Shown: positions 29,046 through 40,710, counted from the first letter of the stretch. The stretch: 64,000 nt of DNA from an uncultured virus (IMG/VR IMGVR_UViG_3300028490_000394) (IMGVR_UViG_3300028490_000394), one strand, 5' to 3'. Notes: a model not told the origin generated them from the letters alone. Made by a program: numbers and translations.

Positions 29046-29864
29046 TTAAGCTTTTAAAAGTATTTTACTCTTTTTTTCTTTTTCTTTTTTCGTCCACATT
29101 TTCTCTTCTATCATTATTTTTTCTTCTTTTAATTCTTGATACATTTCTTTGTTATTGCGTTTTAATAGTAAATCATATAGAGTATTATATTCTTCACTTG
29201 ACATTAACTCTCCATTCTTTTGATAATCTTTTCTTTTTTCTATTGAGTCTTTTATTGTCTTCTTTGTAATAATAGATTCTATTTCTTTGTTTGTATATTT
29301 TCTTTTATTCACTTTTATTGAAGGACTTTTCTCACAGACTTTATCTACCATATTATCATAGAGGTTTATTAGGTCTATAATTGTCGATATTACAAAGATC
29401 AAAATATATATCACTATTAAGCTTTTTGATAATAACGGAATGCTTTCCCAGGTATTCATTGAGCTTGTTACATTTGCTAGCGCTAAGAATAGAACAAACC
29501 ATTTTATAATAAAAAACCTTGCTTTATTTAGACTGTATGTTTTATAGACTCCATAATTTATACCTATATCTTTAAACATTAGTAACTCTATTACATAAGA
29601 CAATCTATAGAACGTCTCTTCTAGATATATTTCAAAAACTTGAGTTTTAAAAGGAATTTCTTTTCTCTTTAACATTTGTCTACTGTATATTAGGACTATT
29701 ATCAGTGGATATATAAAAAGTACCACTACTGGAAATATGTATATGAGATCTTTATATACATTTGATATTGTTTTTAAAGTATATATTAGAAATTCTGAAG
29801 TAGTTCCTATTGTTGTTGTCAGGTAAACTACTATTACTGTTAATAATTCTATTATATATTTCAT
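29046..29864 (-). CDS. hypothetical membrane protein
   Basis: TM helices plus charged C-terminus. Confidence 0.65.
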   Translation of the reverse strand: MKYIIELLTVIVVYLTTTIGTTSEFLIYTLKTISNVYKDLIYIFPVVVLFIYPLIIVLIYSRQMLKRKEIPFKTQVFEIYLEETFYRLSYVIELLMFKDIGINYGVYKTYSLNKARFFIIKWFVLFLALANVTSSMNTWESIPLLSKSLIVIYILIFVISTIIDLINLYDNMVDKVCEKSPSIKVNKRKYTNKEIESIITKKTIKDSIEKRKDYQKNGELMSSEEYNTLYDLLLKRNNKEMYQELKEEKIMIEEKMWTKKEKEKKSKILLKA

Positions 29865-30358
29865 TTTCTAGCACTCTTGATAATCATATCTATGTCAATG
29901 ATTTCTTCTTTTTTTAATTTTATGATTTTTTCTTTATGTTTTTTAAACTTTACGACTTTGTCCTTTTTCTTTATAATAATTATTATTAGATACACTACGT
30001 ATATTCCAATGGCTAATAATGTTGAGTCACTTATCTCTGAAAAAGACTGTACCTTTGGATCCATAGTTCTCACTATATAATTCAATAGTGCTATGATAAT
30101 ACCAATTCTAAACAATCCCATAAATGTAATTGCTGAGGAACCTGCAAATATGAACAATATTTTTGCTGTTTGACTATTTTTTAAATCTGCTACTGCAGCA
30201 CCTGTTACTAAAGAAGTAAATATAAACAATATTGATAACACACCTGCTACGATATATAGTAATATCAGGATCATTTCAAAGCCATTTATCATTTGTGCAC
30301 CTAAATTGTTTGTATCTTCAAGTAAAAAACCTAAGACCCATAGTATTAAATATAACAT
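29861..30358 (-). CDS. hypothetical membrane protein
   Basis: About four TM helices. Confidence 0.65.
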   Translation of the reverse strand: MLYLILWVLGFLLEDTNNLGAQMINGFEMILILLYIVAGVLSILFIFTSLVTGAAVADLKNSQTAKILFIFAGSSAITFMGLFRIGIIIALLNYIVRTMDPKVQSFSEISDSTLLAIGIYVVYLIIIIIKKKDKVVKFKKHKEKIIKLKKEEIIDIDMIIKSARK

Positions 30359-30359
30359 A

Positions 30360-30644
30360 TTATCTCCCGTACTTTTCAGCAAATTCTTTTAATTCGCTAT
30401 CTGAATAATTCTTTACTTCATGCTGCATTACTTCACCTAGGCTATATTGACTTAACGTCCCTTCTCTATATCCTTTTAACTTATGAAATATTTCTTCCTT
30501 ATCCATGTCTTTTAGTATTGCTGTTTTTGCAAAGGCTTTCTTTTCATAGTTTTTTCCATGACAACCCTTGCATATTTGTTCTATTACCTCTGCATTTACC
30601 ATTGTCACTGCTAGTAGTAAACTTAATCCTAATATCTTTTTCAT
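30360..30644 (-). CDS. cytochrome c553-like protein
   Basis: Signal peptide, CKGCH, LKGYREG..VM. Confidence 0.85.
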   Translation of the reverse strand: MKKILGLSLLLAVTMVNAEVIEQICKGCHGKNYEKKAFAKTAILKDMDKEEIFHKLKGYREGTLSQYSLGEVMQHEVKNYSDSELKEFAEKYGR

Positions 30645-30645
30645 T

Positions 30646-30858
30646 TTAATCCTTTTTCCACATTATTACATACGTCCAATCCATGTTCTGGAAACTATTA
30701 TCTTTTACTGAAAACCTTGATTCACTAATCTTTTTCTTTTTAACCATTGAACCTGTTTGACATATTACTTTGTAATGACCGTCTTCCGTTGGTAATTCTG
30801 TTTCAATTGAAATAAACTCTTTTGATAGCTCATTGAAGTCTTCTTCTGATAATTCCAT
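30646..30858 (-). CDS. small hypothetical protein
   Basis: ISIETELP..GHYKV..VIMW pattern common in phage proteins. Confidence 0.55.
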   Translation of the reverse strand: MELSEEDFNELSKEFISIETELPTEDGHYKVICQTGSMVKKKKISESRFSVKDNSFQNMDWTYVIMWKKD

Positions 30859-30956
30859 TTTTTGACCTTTTTTATAATTTAAAATATTATACCATTTAAT
30901 CGATATAAAAGCAAATTACTGATATACTTCATAATATAAATTTAAAGGAAAATATT

Positions 30957-31376
30957 ATGTTTAGATTAATTGAAAAAAAGAGTTCTGGTGGTATTAAAGT
31001 TATTAATGCTTCTTCTGATAAGAATGATATGATTGATAATTTACTTACTAAAGTTAGTAATAATTTTTTAAAAAGAGGTAAATATTGTTCTACTGTTCTT
31101 GGAGAGAGTATTGAATCTTTTGAAACTAGAGTATCCGCTCTTATGTATTACCTTGATAGTGTTGATCAAGTTGTTTTTATGGTCGAGGAATTTAAAGAAT
31201 TGACTGATCGAGATATTGTTGCTGCAGGTGGCGGTGTTTGTAAATGTTGTGGTTCAGATAATACTGAAGCGTCTATGCCTAAAATGAATGAAGGTTTTAT
31301 AACACGGAATATCACATGTAATGTTTGTTTTAATGATACTGACGAATACTACCCTTTGGCTGGTATAAACACTTAA
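30957..31376 (+). CDS. zinc-ribbon protein (paralog pair, copy 1)
   Basis: TD..IVAAGGGVCKCC..CNVC. Confidence 0.7.
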   Translation: MFRLIEKKSSGGIKVINASSDKNDMIDNLLTKVSNNFLKRGKYCSTVLGESIESFETRVSALMYYLDSVDQVVFMVEEFKELTDRDIVAAGGGVCKCCGSDNTEASMPKMNEGFITRNITCNVCFNDTDEYYPLAGINT

Positions 31377-31436
31377 TTTTAAACTCCTTTCAAGTTAATT
31401 TTTAGTATACTATACTATAAATAAAAAGGATACAAA

Positions 31437-31841
31437 ATGTATAGATTATTAAAAACAACAAGAGGACTTCCTGACGGAGTACTTCAAACTAGAGAGACTG
31501 AAGACGAAATTGTTGAGGTTGCTATTACTACTGTCTTGGAGCATGCTTCTAATGGAGACGAGTTTAGTGGTTGTGACATTCAGGTCTTAAGAGAGCAACT
31601 TAGAGAAGAACAGGAGACTCGAGTTGGGCCGACTGTATATTCTATAGACAATGTTGATCCTATGACTGACGAACAAGTTGTAGCTGCTGGTGGTGGTGTT
31701 TGTAAACATTGTCATACTTCTGACGACGTTGAACCTGGTGAACTGGAAATGGGAGACGGATTTGTTTCTAGACTTCTAGAGTGTTCTTTTTGTGGTGGAG
31801 AAACTACTGAACAATATTCTCTATCTGGTTCAGAGGAATAA
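31437..31841 (+). CDS. zinc-ribbon protein (paralog pair, copy 2)
   Basis: TD..VVAAGGGVCKHC..CSFC. Confidence 0.7.
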   Translation: MYRLLKTTRGLPDGVLQTRETEDEIVEVAITTVLEHASNGDEFSGCDIQVLREQLREEQETRVGPTVYSIDNVDPMTDEQVVAAGGGVCKHCHTSDDVEPGELEMGDGFVSRLLECSFCGGETTEQYSLSGSEE

Positions 31842-31843
31842 TT

Positions 31844-33473
31844 ATGAGTGGAACATTTTTTCAAAATTCAACTAATGCTGATCATTCTGAACATACTGAA
31901 CCTGTTATGCAACAATTGTTTAGTGCAGACAATTCTACTTCAATAGAACTTTTTCAGGCATTGTCAGCTGGAGCCTCTTTTGCTAAATTCTTACGAAGTA
32001 TCTCTTTTTCTTGTGACCTGTTTGTCAATAGTCTTGGGCAGTCTAATTTGTTAATGACACATAACAAGCTTAATCCTATTGAGACAAAAGAGTTTGAACT
32101 TTTTATTGAGACCATGTCTACGTTTGTTTCTTTTGATCTTATTTACATGAATGAAAGCTCTCCTTATTACAATGCTGACCAGCTTATTGAAAATGGTATC
32201 CTGGTAGAAGGTTATTGTTTAAACGACGGAGGATTATAATATGCAGCGGTTATTTATTTTTCACGGTGATAATGGAATACATAGGAATGTTAGGGGAAAG
32301 AGAACTAATTCTCCACACCTTGATAGAATGAGTCTTACTTGGTCAATTTGGAATAATAAAAATGATCAAACTACTATTCTTCTTATAAACAAAGAACCTG
32401 AAAGTCCTGCAGAAGAACGATCTCTTGAAAGATATCTTAAAAAAATCACCTCTGCAGGTACTTCTGAGCTAATCTATACAAACAATGACTCAATGAAGCC
32501 TCATTCTGACTCATTAAAAGGTATTGTCGATACACAATATTTGCCAAAGTGGTGTTTATAACATATAAGCATTATCATTATTGATATGACTTTTTACAAG
32601 GAGATATTATGAAATTTAATATCCTAGGATTAAATATCCTAAAATACTACGACGCACAGGAAGAAATGAACTCTCCAAAGCATATTCTTTATATTCAAGA
32701 TATTAATAGTACTCGCAAGTTTGCTATTACACTTGATACTATTAGTACTATGTGTGGCTCTGGGTATACTACTGCTACTGAGGGTGAATTTGAATTTGAA
32801 CAAATTTCTTCCTTCCCTGGAATGCAATTCCGCTACTCTAACACTAAAGAAGTTTTTGATAAAGAACTTAATCATGATATTTTTAATATTATGTTAAAAA
32901 GTCCTGAAAATTCTACTATTTTTAATGTTCAGTTTGACGGTGGAGATAGTTGTTACCCTCATGGTTCACATTATGTCAATATGAAGCATTTCTTATCTAA
33001 TGGACGTGACGTCACTGACGAAGATTCTATTAAACGTAAAGTTTGGATCTTTAAAGGTGACTCTATTCTTGGTAAGACTTTCATTTCTGATCATTGTTCT
33101 CTTGAGAGCTATGAGACTGATTCTGACGAAAAACTACCTCGAATTCTTTGGCAAGATATTATTGTAATTGGAAACAAGTATGATTTTTCTATTGAAGAAG
33201 TTAAAAAGCACATTCCTTGTCATGACGATACGGAAATAATCACAGTCAATTTTACTATCTAAGGAGTATTTTATGGCACAAAAATTAAGCAAATTAGTTA
33301 TTCGATTTTATACAAAAGGTGGGCACCCACTAGCAGCTGTTGAGACACAACTTACTTTATCAAAAGGGACTACGGTTTTTTATGGTGAAGAAGAATTTAC
33401 AATTACTAATATTGTTGTTTCTATTCTTCAAAATGAAGAGGTTCAGTCTTTTACAGCTACTGCTGTAAATTAA
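31844..33473 (+). CDS. four hypothetical proteins (31844-32239, 32241-32561, 32609-33262, 33273-33473)
   Basis: ORF track plus RBSs; no recognisable motifs. Confidence 0.6.
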
Positions 33474-33512
33474 AACTACTTACACCCTATTGGGTGTAGG
33501 CATTAAAGCTAT

Positions 33513-34046
33513 TTATTTAGCTTTTTTTTGTTTTTTAATACCAAGATCTCTCAGTATTCTTTTTACACTTTTTTTCGAACTATCACAATATTCAAAATCT
33601 ATATCATTATCTGTCATTAACTCTTTCATTTCAATAGAAATTTGTTTTGCTTGTTCTTCTGTCTGATATCTTCCCACTGGATCATAATCATGTTTTCTAT
33701 TTAGAAAATAGTATGTATTGTCGTATGTACTTATTACGTCTTTAATAAATGGGGCAAACGAAGGTGGTGTTTGTGAATTTTTCAAATACCATAAAGACAA
33801 TAGAAGTGGACTATCTGTAATTACGTAATCTACTTTACCTTTTAAACGGTATAGTTTTCTACTTTGTTTTGCAAAAATATATTCTTGCTGCTCAAATACA
33901 TGAGTTCTTTCTTCCCATACAATATCTTTTGCATATTCAGTTACTAGCTCTACGTTTAAGCCTCTTTTTTTCATTGCATAAGCAAGTCCTAGGGCTAATG
34001 TACTTTTACCTGCTGACGGCTCACCTAATAGGTTTATTACTTTCAT
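33513..34046 (-). CDS. P-loop nucleotide kinase / NadR-like AAA protein
   Basis: GEPSAGKST, EYAK, ITDSPLL and GRYQ. Confidence 0.8.
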   Translation of the reverse strand: MKVINLLGEPSAGKSTLALGLAYAMKKRGLNVELVTEYAKDIVWEERTHVFEQQEYIFAKQSRKLYRLKGKVDYVITDSPLLLSLWYLKNSQTPPSFAPFIKDVISTYDNTYYFLNRKHDYDPVGRYQTEEQAKQISIEMKELMTDNDIDFEYCDSSKKSVKRILRDLGIKKQKKAK

Positions 34047-34061
34047 TCTATTTTTCCTTTT

Positions 34062-34304
34062 TTAATTTATTTCTACTTCTTCTTTAGTTCCACTAAATGG
34101 AACAACTATGACAAAGGCGGCACCTTTCATATATATGGCACCTTCTCTAAGATTATACCGCTTTATAATATTTTTAATCCCTTTTTTTGAACTTTTTACA
34201 ATTAGTTCTTCATTTGAGAAAGATACTTTCACTGGTTCTTGAGCTAATTCTCTCATTTCTTTCACTGATTTATCAAAAAAGATATCACTGATCAATAATT
34301 CCAT
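34062..34304 (-). CDS. hypothetical protein
   Basis: AAGGAG RBS. Confidence 0.55.
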   Translation of the reverse strand: MELLISDIFFDKSVKEMRELAQEPVKVSFSNEELIVKSSKKGIKNIIKRYNLREGAIYMKGAAFVIVVPFSGTKEEVEIN

Positions 34305-34429
34305 ATATACTCCTTCTTTTTATATGTATATTATAGTCAATAATTACTATCATTCTCCTTAAAAATACTATTTAAAAATCTCTCTTTTTTTTAAGTTTAA
34401 AATGCTATAATATATCAAAGGATTTAAAT

Positions 34430-35197
34430 ATGAAAATTACTGTTATTGGCTCTGGTGGAGCCTTCGACTTACAAACTAACTCTAGCTTCTTGATTAGTCA
34501 AGACGATACTATGGAAGATAGTCTTCTATTTGATTGTGGTATTAATGTATTCGCAAAACTAAAAAAACTAGGTGACAAAGTTATTGGAAGTATTTCTAAT
34601 ATCTATATCTCACATTTGGACGACGATCATGTCGGTTCTTTACGTACACTTGTTTATTACAGACATTATGTTCTTGGATTACATACTAATGTTTATTATC
34701 CAGATAATATTGCTTTACAAGATTTTATTTGGAGTAATGGAGGTTCTTTAAATAAAAAGTTCTCTGGTGGTAAACTTGTTAAAGCTGACATGATTAGACT
34801 TTTTAAAATACCTACTCAAATGAGTCATTTACAGGGAGCTGAAATTGGCGATTTCACTGTCTTACCTGTAATTGGGTATCACCATGTACCTGTTTGTGGC
34901 TTATACGTTGAATGTGGGGATTCTGTTTGCTATATCTCTGGTGATACTAAAGCTTATGCACCTATTGAACATTTGGTTAGAGAATTAACTTATACTAAAT
35001 ATAAATTGGACGTCTTCAAAACTAGAGATCCTCGAGTTATGATTTTTCATGATTGGTCTACTTATAATGACGCCTCTGTTAATGGTCATGCATGTTTAGA
35101 AGATATCGAAGAACATTATTCTTTTGATTTTATTAGAGCTATGAATGGTTATCACAATGACATTAATGAACTTGAAGATAAAGTTTTTCAGTTTTAG
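34430..35197 (+). CDS. metallo-beta-lactamase-fold hydrolase (RNase Z / Apyc1-like)
   Basis: GSGGAF, FDCG, SHLDDDH, H, SGDT, FHD..HA..YH. Confidence 0.8.
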   Translation: MKITVIGSGGAFDLQTNSSFLISQDDTMEDSLLFDCGINVFAKLKKLGDKVIGSISNIYISHLDDDHVGSLRTLVYYRHYVLGLHTNVYYPDNIALQDFIWSNGGSLNKKFSGGKLVKADMIRLFKIPTQMSHLQGAEIGDFTVLPVIGYHHVPVCGLYVECGDSVCYISGDTKAYAPIEHLVRELTYTKYKLDVFKTRDPRVMIFHDWSTYNDASVNGHACLEDIEEHYSFDFIRAMNGYHNDINELEDKVFQF

Positions 35198-35239
35198 CTC
35201 ATAAGTAAGCCGGGTAAGAGTACATTATGTACTCCTACA

Positions 35240-35527
35240 TTATGGAAATTGTTCTGCTGCAACTAGTGGAATTGTTCTTCCATTAATCTTATCATTGTTA
35301 TCCCAAGAGATTGATTTTAAGAACTTGTTAAACGGTTCTATTGCTTCTCCACTTACCAAATTGATAAATTGAGGACAATCTTTTATGAATTTTCTCCATA
35401 CAACTTTGTTTTTTGTTGTTGGAGGTCTTAGCTTATGTGAATGGCCAATAATATTGACTGTTGTACCACATGAGCACGCGTTTGTCTTTCTACATTTTAA
35501 ACAAAATGTTTTAGTATGTACTGACAT
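35240..35527 (-). CDS. Cys-containing hypothetical protein
   Basis: CLKC..CSC, LRPP. Confidence 0.55.
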   Translation of the reverse strand: MSVHTKTFCLKCRKTNACSCGTTVNIIGHSHKLRPPTTKNKVVWRKFIKDCPQFINLVSGEAIEPFNKFLKSISWDNNDKINGRTIPLVAAEQFP

Positions 35528-35629
35528 AAAGTATCCTTTAAAATATTAATTTACTTTTTGTTATAAGCAGCAAGCTCTAAGTTATCTTATGTTATTATAC
35601 AAAATATAAATAACAAAAAAGGAAGACAC

Positions 35630-36355
35630 ATGTCTCTATCTAAACAATCACCAAAATTTACTCCTGAAGAAAAGAGGATTTTCTCTTCTATGAAAGGTCT
35701 CCGTAGAAACCTATTCCAACGTATTGAACTTACACCAGCTCAAATTATTCTACGTAATCTTTTTATTAGTTCTTATTTCTCTGAAAAAGTACTTAATGGA
35801 TTTGCCAAATTTAAAGCGCCTAAAGACTGCTGGGATCTAGTTAAGTATTCTAGACTTAAATGGTTCTCAAATTACCTATTTGATATTGGTACTGATCTTG
35901 ATAAAAATTATCTAGCAAGAGAACTTTTCTCCTTTGAATCTAATGTTTCTGACACTGATTTTAGTTGGTTGAAAGAAGAAGTTCGTAATTACATTAAAGA
36001 CGCTATCCTTTATGCACCTGCTGCTGAAAAAGAGGCTGCTTTGAATAAAAGATATGAATTTCTTCAAGATAAGTATACTAAATCTGTTAAAGACGACAAA
36101 GTTAAATTTAATGATAACGAAATCAAAGAACTTGATAAACTTTGTAATACTATTAAAACTAAAACTTTTCAAGATAAAACTGCAGATAAAGTTATTTTTG
36201 AAAGTAAGAAAGTTAAAATCACTGTATCATTCAATAACCTTGAAGTGGGATTACTTGATAAAGAGGTTGAAGGTGACGCCGTCTATTACTCTAAAGATAT
36301 TGACATTGATTCTCTTGATTTGTTCCCTGCAATTACTGCTCTTAAAAAACAGTAA
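35630..36355 (+). CDS. hypothetical protein
   Basis: 241-aa ORF with RBS. Confidence 0.7.
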   Translation: MSLSKQSPKFTPEEKRIFSSMKGLRRNLFQRIELTPAQIILRNLFISSYFSEKVLNGFAKFKAPKDCWDLVKYSRLKWFSNYLFDIGTDLDKNYLARELFSFESNVSDTDFSWLKEEVRNYIKDAILYAPAAEKEAALNKRYEFLQDKYTKSVKDDKVKFNDNEIKELDKLCNTIKTKTFQDKTADKVIFESKKVKITVSFNNLEVGLLDKEVEGDAVYYSKDIDIDSLDLFPAITALKKQ

Positions 36356-36401
36356 CTTCAGCTTATAACATAGTATCAAATTTTATTTTTAAAGGATCTA
36401 T

Positions 36402-36770
36402 ATGTTAATTAACTATCAAATCTGGATTGACAGACGTGGTAAAATTATGGAAGTTAAAGACCTTGCAACTAATACTTATGGTATTGTTGGGTCTATTGCT
36501 TTTGATATTTCTGATACTACTACTGAAGCTTTTCTTTTTGACTTAAATGTCAATGAAGATTTTCAGGGTGAAGGTTACGCTACTACTTTAAGAAATTTTG
36601 CCATTGGTAAGATTCTTTCTGAAGGTGCTACTCAGATCAAAACTACTGCACATTCTTATAATGAAGAATTTCCACAAGAAGATTTAGAAAAATTCTATGT
36701 GAAAAACTTTGAAGAAAATGGTGCTCATACTGTTGCAAAGATAGGTCCTAGGATCTTAGCTTCCTTTTAG
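36402..36770 (+). CDS. GNAT N-acetyltransferase
   Basis: LNVNEDFQGEGYATTL acetyl-CoA motif; KFY. Confidence 0.75.
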   Translation: MLINYQIWIDRRGKIMEVKDLATNTYGIVGSIAFDISDTTTEAFLFDLNVNEDFQGEGYATTLRNFAIGKILSEGATQIKTTAHSYNEEFPQEDLEKFYVKNFEENGAHTVAKIGPRILASF

Positions 36771-36790
36771 CCTTTCTTAGGCTAGAGGAT

Positions 36791-37057
36791 TCACCCTACA
36801 TAAAACATTATTCCTATTGCAGTTAATGATAATAAATAATTACTTGTTATCATTTTTCCTTTTACTCTTGATATTATAGATAATGCTGATACAAATAGTG
36901 ACAATGATACTGATATCATTAAAGTGTATGTCTCTATCGTTCTATCTATATTCGAAGTATCAGTTTTCAGTACTGCACCAGTACTTATTATATGAATCAA
37001 TAATAGGAACCAGGTAATTGTTATTAATGCTTTTATAATTTCTTCAATTTTATTCAT
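36791..37057 (-). CDS. small membrane protein
   Basis: Three hydrophobic segments. Confidence 0.55.
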   Translation of the reverse strand: MNKIEEIIKALITITWFLLLIHIISTGAVLKTDTSNIDRTIETYTLMISVSLSLFVSALSIISRVKGKMITSNYLLSLTAIGIMFYVG

Positions 37058-37178
37058 TTTATTCCTTTGTGTTTTTGCATTATATCTTATTTTTTTTAAA
37101 GATTAAGTTTTAAATAAGGTTTCTCCAAGTTAAACTAGTGTATACTTCCTTATATCAAAAACATAAGGATTTTAAAAC

Positions 37179-37901
37179 ATGAATAAACAAATACTAATGG
37201 CTTTCAACTCAGAATTCCAAAATATCTTCGCACTTATCTCTTCTACTAAAAGTGGAACTCATAAAAATGCACTTCTCAATGCTCTTATCGAAATTACTTT
37301 CAAATTTTCTCTTAACTTTGAACCAGGTACAATTGAAAGACGCGAACTTGATACAATGCTTTCTCGTAAGAAGATTAGTCAATCTCAAATTCTTAAAATG
37401 TGTGCTGGGGAACCTATTACTCTTCAAGCTTGCCCTCTCTGTGAAGCTATGGACGATTCTATTAATCCACTAATGGAGTTAATGAAAGATCTTAAGGATC
37501 AAGGTATTAGTTCAGCTTTCTTGCCACAAGACCTTTCTACATTCACTCAAGGTGCTTATGCTGATACATTTAATGAGGCACCTGCTGAAATTAGACCTGA
37601 TTTTACTATTATGATTCCTAAAGAATTAATTGAAACTGAAAACGGTATTGATATTCCTTTTGTTCAAAGAATCATTGCTGAGGTTATGGATTCAGTTGCT
37701 AAAAAAGATTCTGTTCCTACATATGAAGAAGATCATGCTGAAATTAAGAAAGCTTATGCTCAAGAACTTGATTTTATTGCTGACAAGAGAAAGAAGCTTA
37801 TGTCTGAATTAGATATGCTTACTGAAGCTGAAGATAATGCAGGTGTTTATTACCAAGAATTATATTTTGAAAATAAGATAGCTCACGGTAAAGTATCATG
37901 A
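37179..37901 (+). CDS. hypothetical protein
   Basis: CPLC motif and coiled C-terminus. Confidence 0.7.
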   Translation: MNKQILMAFNSEFQNIFALISSTKSGTHKNALLNALIEITFKFSLNFEPGTIERRELDTMLSRKKISQSQILKMCAGEPITLQACPLCEAMDDSINPLMELMKDLKDQGISSAFLPQDLSTFTQGAYADTFNEAPAEIRPDFTIMIPKELIETENGIDIPFVQRIIAEVMDSVAKKDSVPTYEEDHAEIKKAYAQELDFIADKRKKLMSELDMLTEAEDNAGVYYQELYFENKIAHGKVS

Positions 37902-39611
37902 GTCAACCTATTATAGGACAAGAAGAAATTGAAAAATATTTCGATATACATAGACAAACATTATTTATGGCTGACCTTATTAAGGCTGACAACACACCTA
38001 TCTTAGTTATTAATATTTTTGATAAGAAGCTCTCGAAGCATTATAATTCCGAAGAATGTGAGCAAATTATTCTTAATATGAATATTAAAGTTGAACCTTT
38101 TGGTGTTAATTTTACTGGGGAACCTTTTTCTGATTTTGATAGTATTCGTAATAGTCAAGAATATATTGAAGAAAAACTTGTTCTTATCGATCCAATTCTT
38201 GATAATTTTGTTAACATGGTTGTCAGTACACATAATATTTTTAAAACAAATAAGTATAAAAATCATTTTGAGTTTTTACTTAAAAATGTCTCTATTTGGG
38301 ACTACACTATATAAGGAGACAATATGTCTGTATCTTCACTTTTTAATCGTAGAAATTATTTTTCTATTCAACAACGTCTTCATGATTTTGATAAAGCTTT
38401 GTCTACTGATAATACTTATATTAAAGGTCTTGATCTTTTTAAAAATGCATTAGAAGCAGTTGGTTTTGATCCTAATGAAAGTGAACAACTGCTTGTTGTT
38501 GCTGATCTTAGAATTTTGTTATTTGGTGAATCACTTGATCATAGTGAGACTGAAATTCAAGAAATCTTGAAAGAGATAGAACCTATTGCTAAATCTTTTG
38601 CGTCAATTTTGCGTAAAACTTTTAATGATTTAAATGCTTCTGGGTATAACTTTAGTTTTGAATTTACACTTAAGTCTGCCTCTCGAATAGATATTCAACT
38701 ATAAGGAATAAAAATGTCAAATTTACTATTAACCTCTGAAACAGGGAAAACACGAAATTACTTTGAAAAGAGAGAAAAGTATCGTAGAGTTAATGCTATT
38801 ATATCTAATGATAAAAGTTATACTATGGCTTTTATTATGCTTATTTCTAAATTAGAAAAAGCTGGGTTTGATAATGACGAAGCTATTGATATTACTGCTG
38901 CTTTGAATATTAACATGAATCCTCTTGGAGCAGAAGTGCAAAAGAATAAAGAAGAGCTTCATGCTTTTACGAAGGACCTCAATCTATTGCTTGACGATCT
39001 TGTCTCTATTATTGTAACCCTAAGTAATGACATTCCTTTTAAGATTCTTCTTTTAGCTGTTCCTACGTTACCTTCTAAATTCTAAGTCTATAACAGTCTG
39101 TTACATATTTTCATATGTTTATCTTAAAAGGAGTTATTATGAGTTTTCATAATCCTAACGAAACAGACGGATAGATTGCAGTTTACTGCTTTATTATTAT
39201 TTAAAAAAGGATTCCACTATGGGCAAAAGAGCTGGATATATTTCCACAAACGAACGCATAGAGCGTTTTTCAGATAGAGCGTATAACGCTAAACAACTTA
39301 GACAACTTGATAAGAGTAAGTCTATTGTTATTGCTATGTTCAGAGAAAAATTAGGTAAAACTTACTCTACAGAAGAAATTATCAAAATTTTAATGTGTTT
39401 AAACATAAACGTTAAACCATTTCAAACTGTTGACGGCGAAAGACGTGATCAGAAAAAGATTAATAAATCTCTGGATCTTATTTCTAATGCTATTGACGAT
39501 ATTGTCGACACTATCAATTATGAAATGGACCAAATTACTAACGATCCTCATGAACCCAATGCTATTGATTGGTTGATTATTACTATTAAAGGTATGACTT
39601 ATGACATTTAA
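37898..39611 (+). CDS. four divergent paralogous helical proteins (37898-38314, 38324-38704, 38714-39085, 39219-39611)
   Basis: Shared F..KL...Y/F..EE..I...(M/L)NI.V.PF(G) pattern. Confidence 0.6.
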
Positions 39612-40149
39612 TCGTGTTCTTACTTCTGGTCCTATTCTATCTCTATTACCTGGTTCTGATTCTTTTAGTCAGCAGCTAGTAGAGATAGACCAACCCTCTC
39701 TACAAACAATCGAAGAAGCTATTACTCATTGTGAACCAAAAAAACTTTTTACTACTATTAAGTTTTTTCACCATGTGAATGGTAAAGAACCTGTTCTTAC
39801 AGGTACTGTTACAATGTTTGCACCAGGTGTTGATATTGATAGAGAAGACTTTCTTGATTTGGCCATGGCCTATGACGGAGACCTTTTTCTTGCTTCTGAT
39901 TACTATATCGACTTTTCTATTCCATTCCGAAGTTTTTCTGCTTATTTAGAATCTATACAAATTACCCCAGAATATAGAGGTAAGAATATTGGTACTGATA
40001 TGATCAGATTTCTTCAAGATTACTTTCACATAAGTGATATTGGTTTACTTACTACTCTCGGTAAAGAAGACGAACTTACTGAGTTCTACAAAAAAGCTTT
40101 TAAAAGCGGTTGTAAACACTCTTTAAAGAACTTTCTTTACTTTGGTTAG
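39601..40149 (+). CDS. GNAT N-acetyltransferase
   Basis: IQITPEYRGKNIG..EFYKK. Confidence 0.7.
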   Translation: MTFNRVLTSGPILSLLPGSDSFSQQLVEIDQPSLQTIEEAITHCEPKKLFTTIKFFHHVNGKEPVLTGTVTMFAPGVDIDREDFLDLAMAYDGDLFLASDYYIDFSIPFRSFSAYLESIQITPEYRGKNIGTDMIRFLQDYFHISDIGLLTTLGKEDELTEFYKKAFKSGCKHSLKNFLYFG

Positions 40150-40214
40150 GCCTACATAGGCCTGCCACCATTTTCTTACAGAATACACCCTTTATTTCAA
40201 CATAAAGGACTATA

Positions 40215-40667
40215 ATGAAATCAACTATACTAATTGGTGCAGAGTGCACTGGAAAAACTAGAACTATTGTCGAGGAACTTATTCCTCAATTGAAAGATAA
40301 CATGGTGTACGTATTATCTAATAAGCCACAATATAGAGAATGCCAAAATATTACTATTGTTAACGAACAAGACGAATTCTTAAAGATAATGAATGAGACT
40401 CATATGTATACTAATGTATGGTATATTGTCGATAATCAGGAAGTTATACACCCGGATCTTTCTGCTAAGTTAGCTGCATATAAAAATGTTATCTTTTCTC
40501 GAGAGACTCTCTCTCCAGAATATGACTCTTTATTCGAGCGTATTTTTCTTTTTAAAATTGACAAGGTCGACTTTAATTCTGAGATTTTAACACTCGACTT
40601 AAAGGCTTTTGTTCTTAATCAAGGTTTTAGAGAGTTCATTACTTTCTACACTCAACCACAAGTTTAA
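40215..40667 (+). CDS. small, possibly degenerate P-loop protein
   Basis: IGAECTGKT and YIVD. Confidence 0.55.
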   Translation: MKSTILIGAECTGKTRTIVEELIPQLKDNMVYVLSNKPQYRECQNITIVNEQDEFLKIMNETHMYTNVWYIVDNQEVIHPDLSAKLAAYKNVIFSRETLSPEYDSLFERIFLFKIDKVDFNSEILTLDLKAFVLNQGFREFITFYTQPQV

Positions 40668-40710
40668 AACTTTGTTTTTTGATATACTTTATTAAAAATA
40701 AAGGATATTT

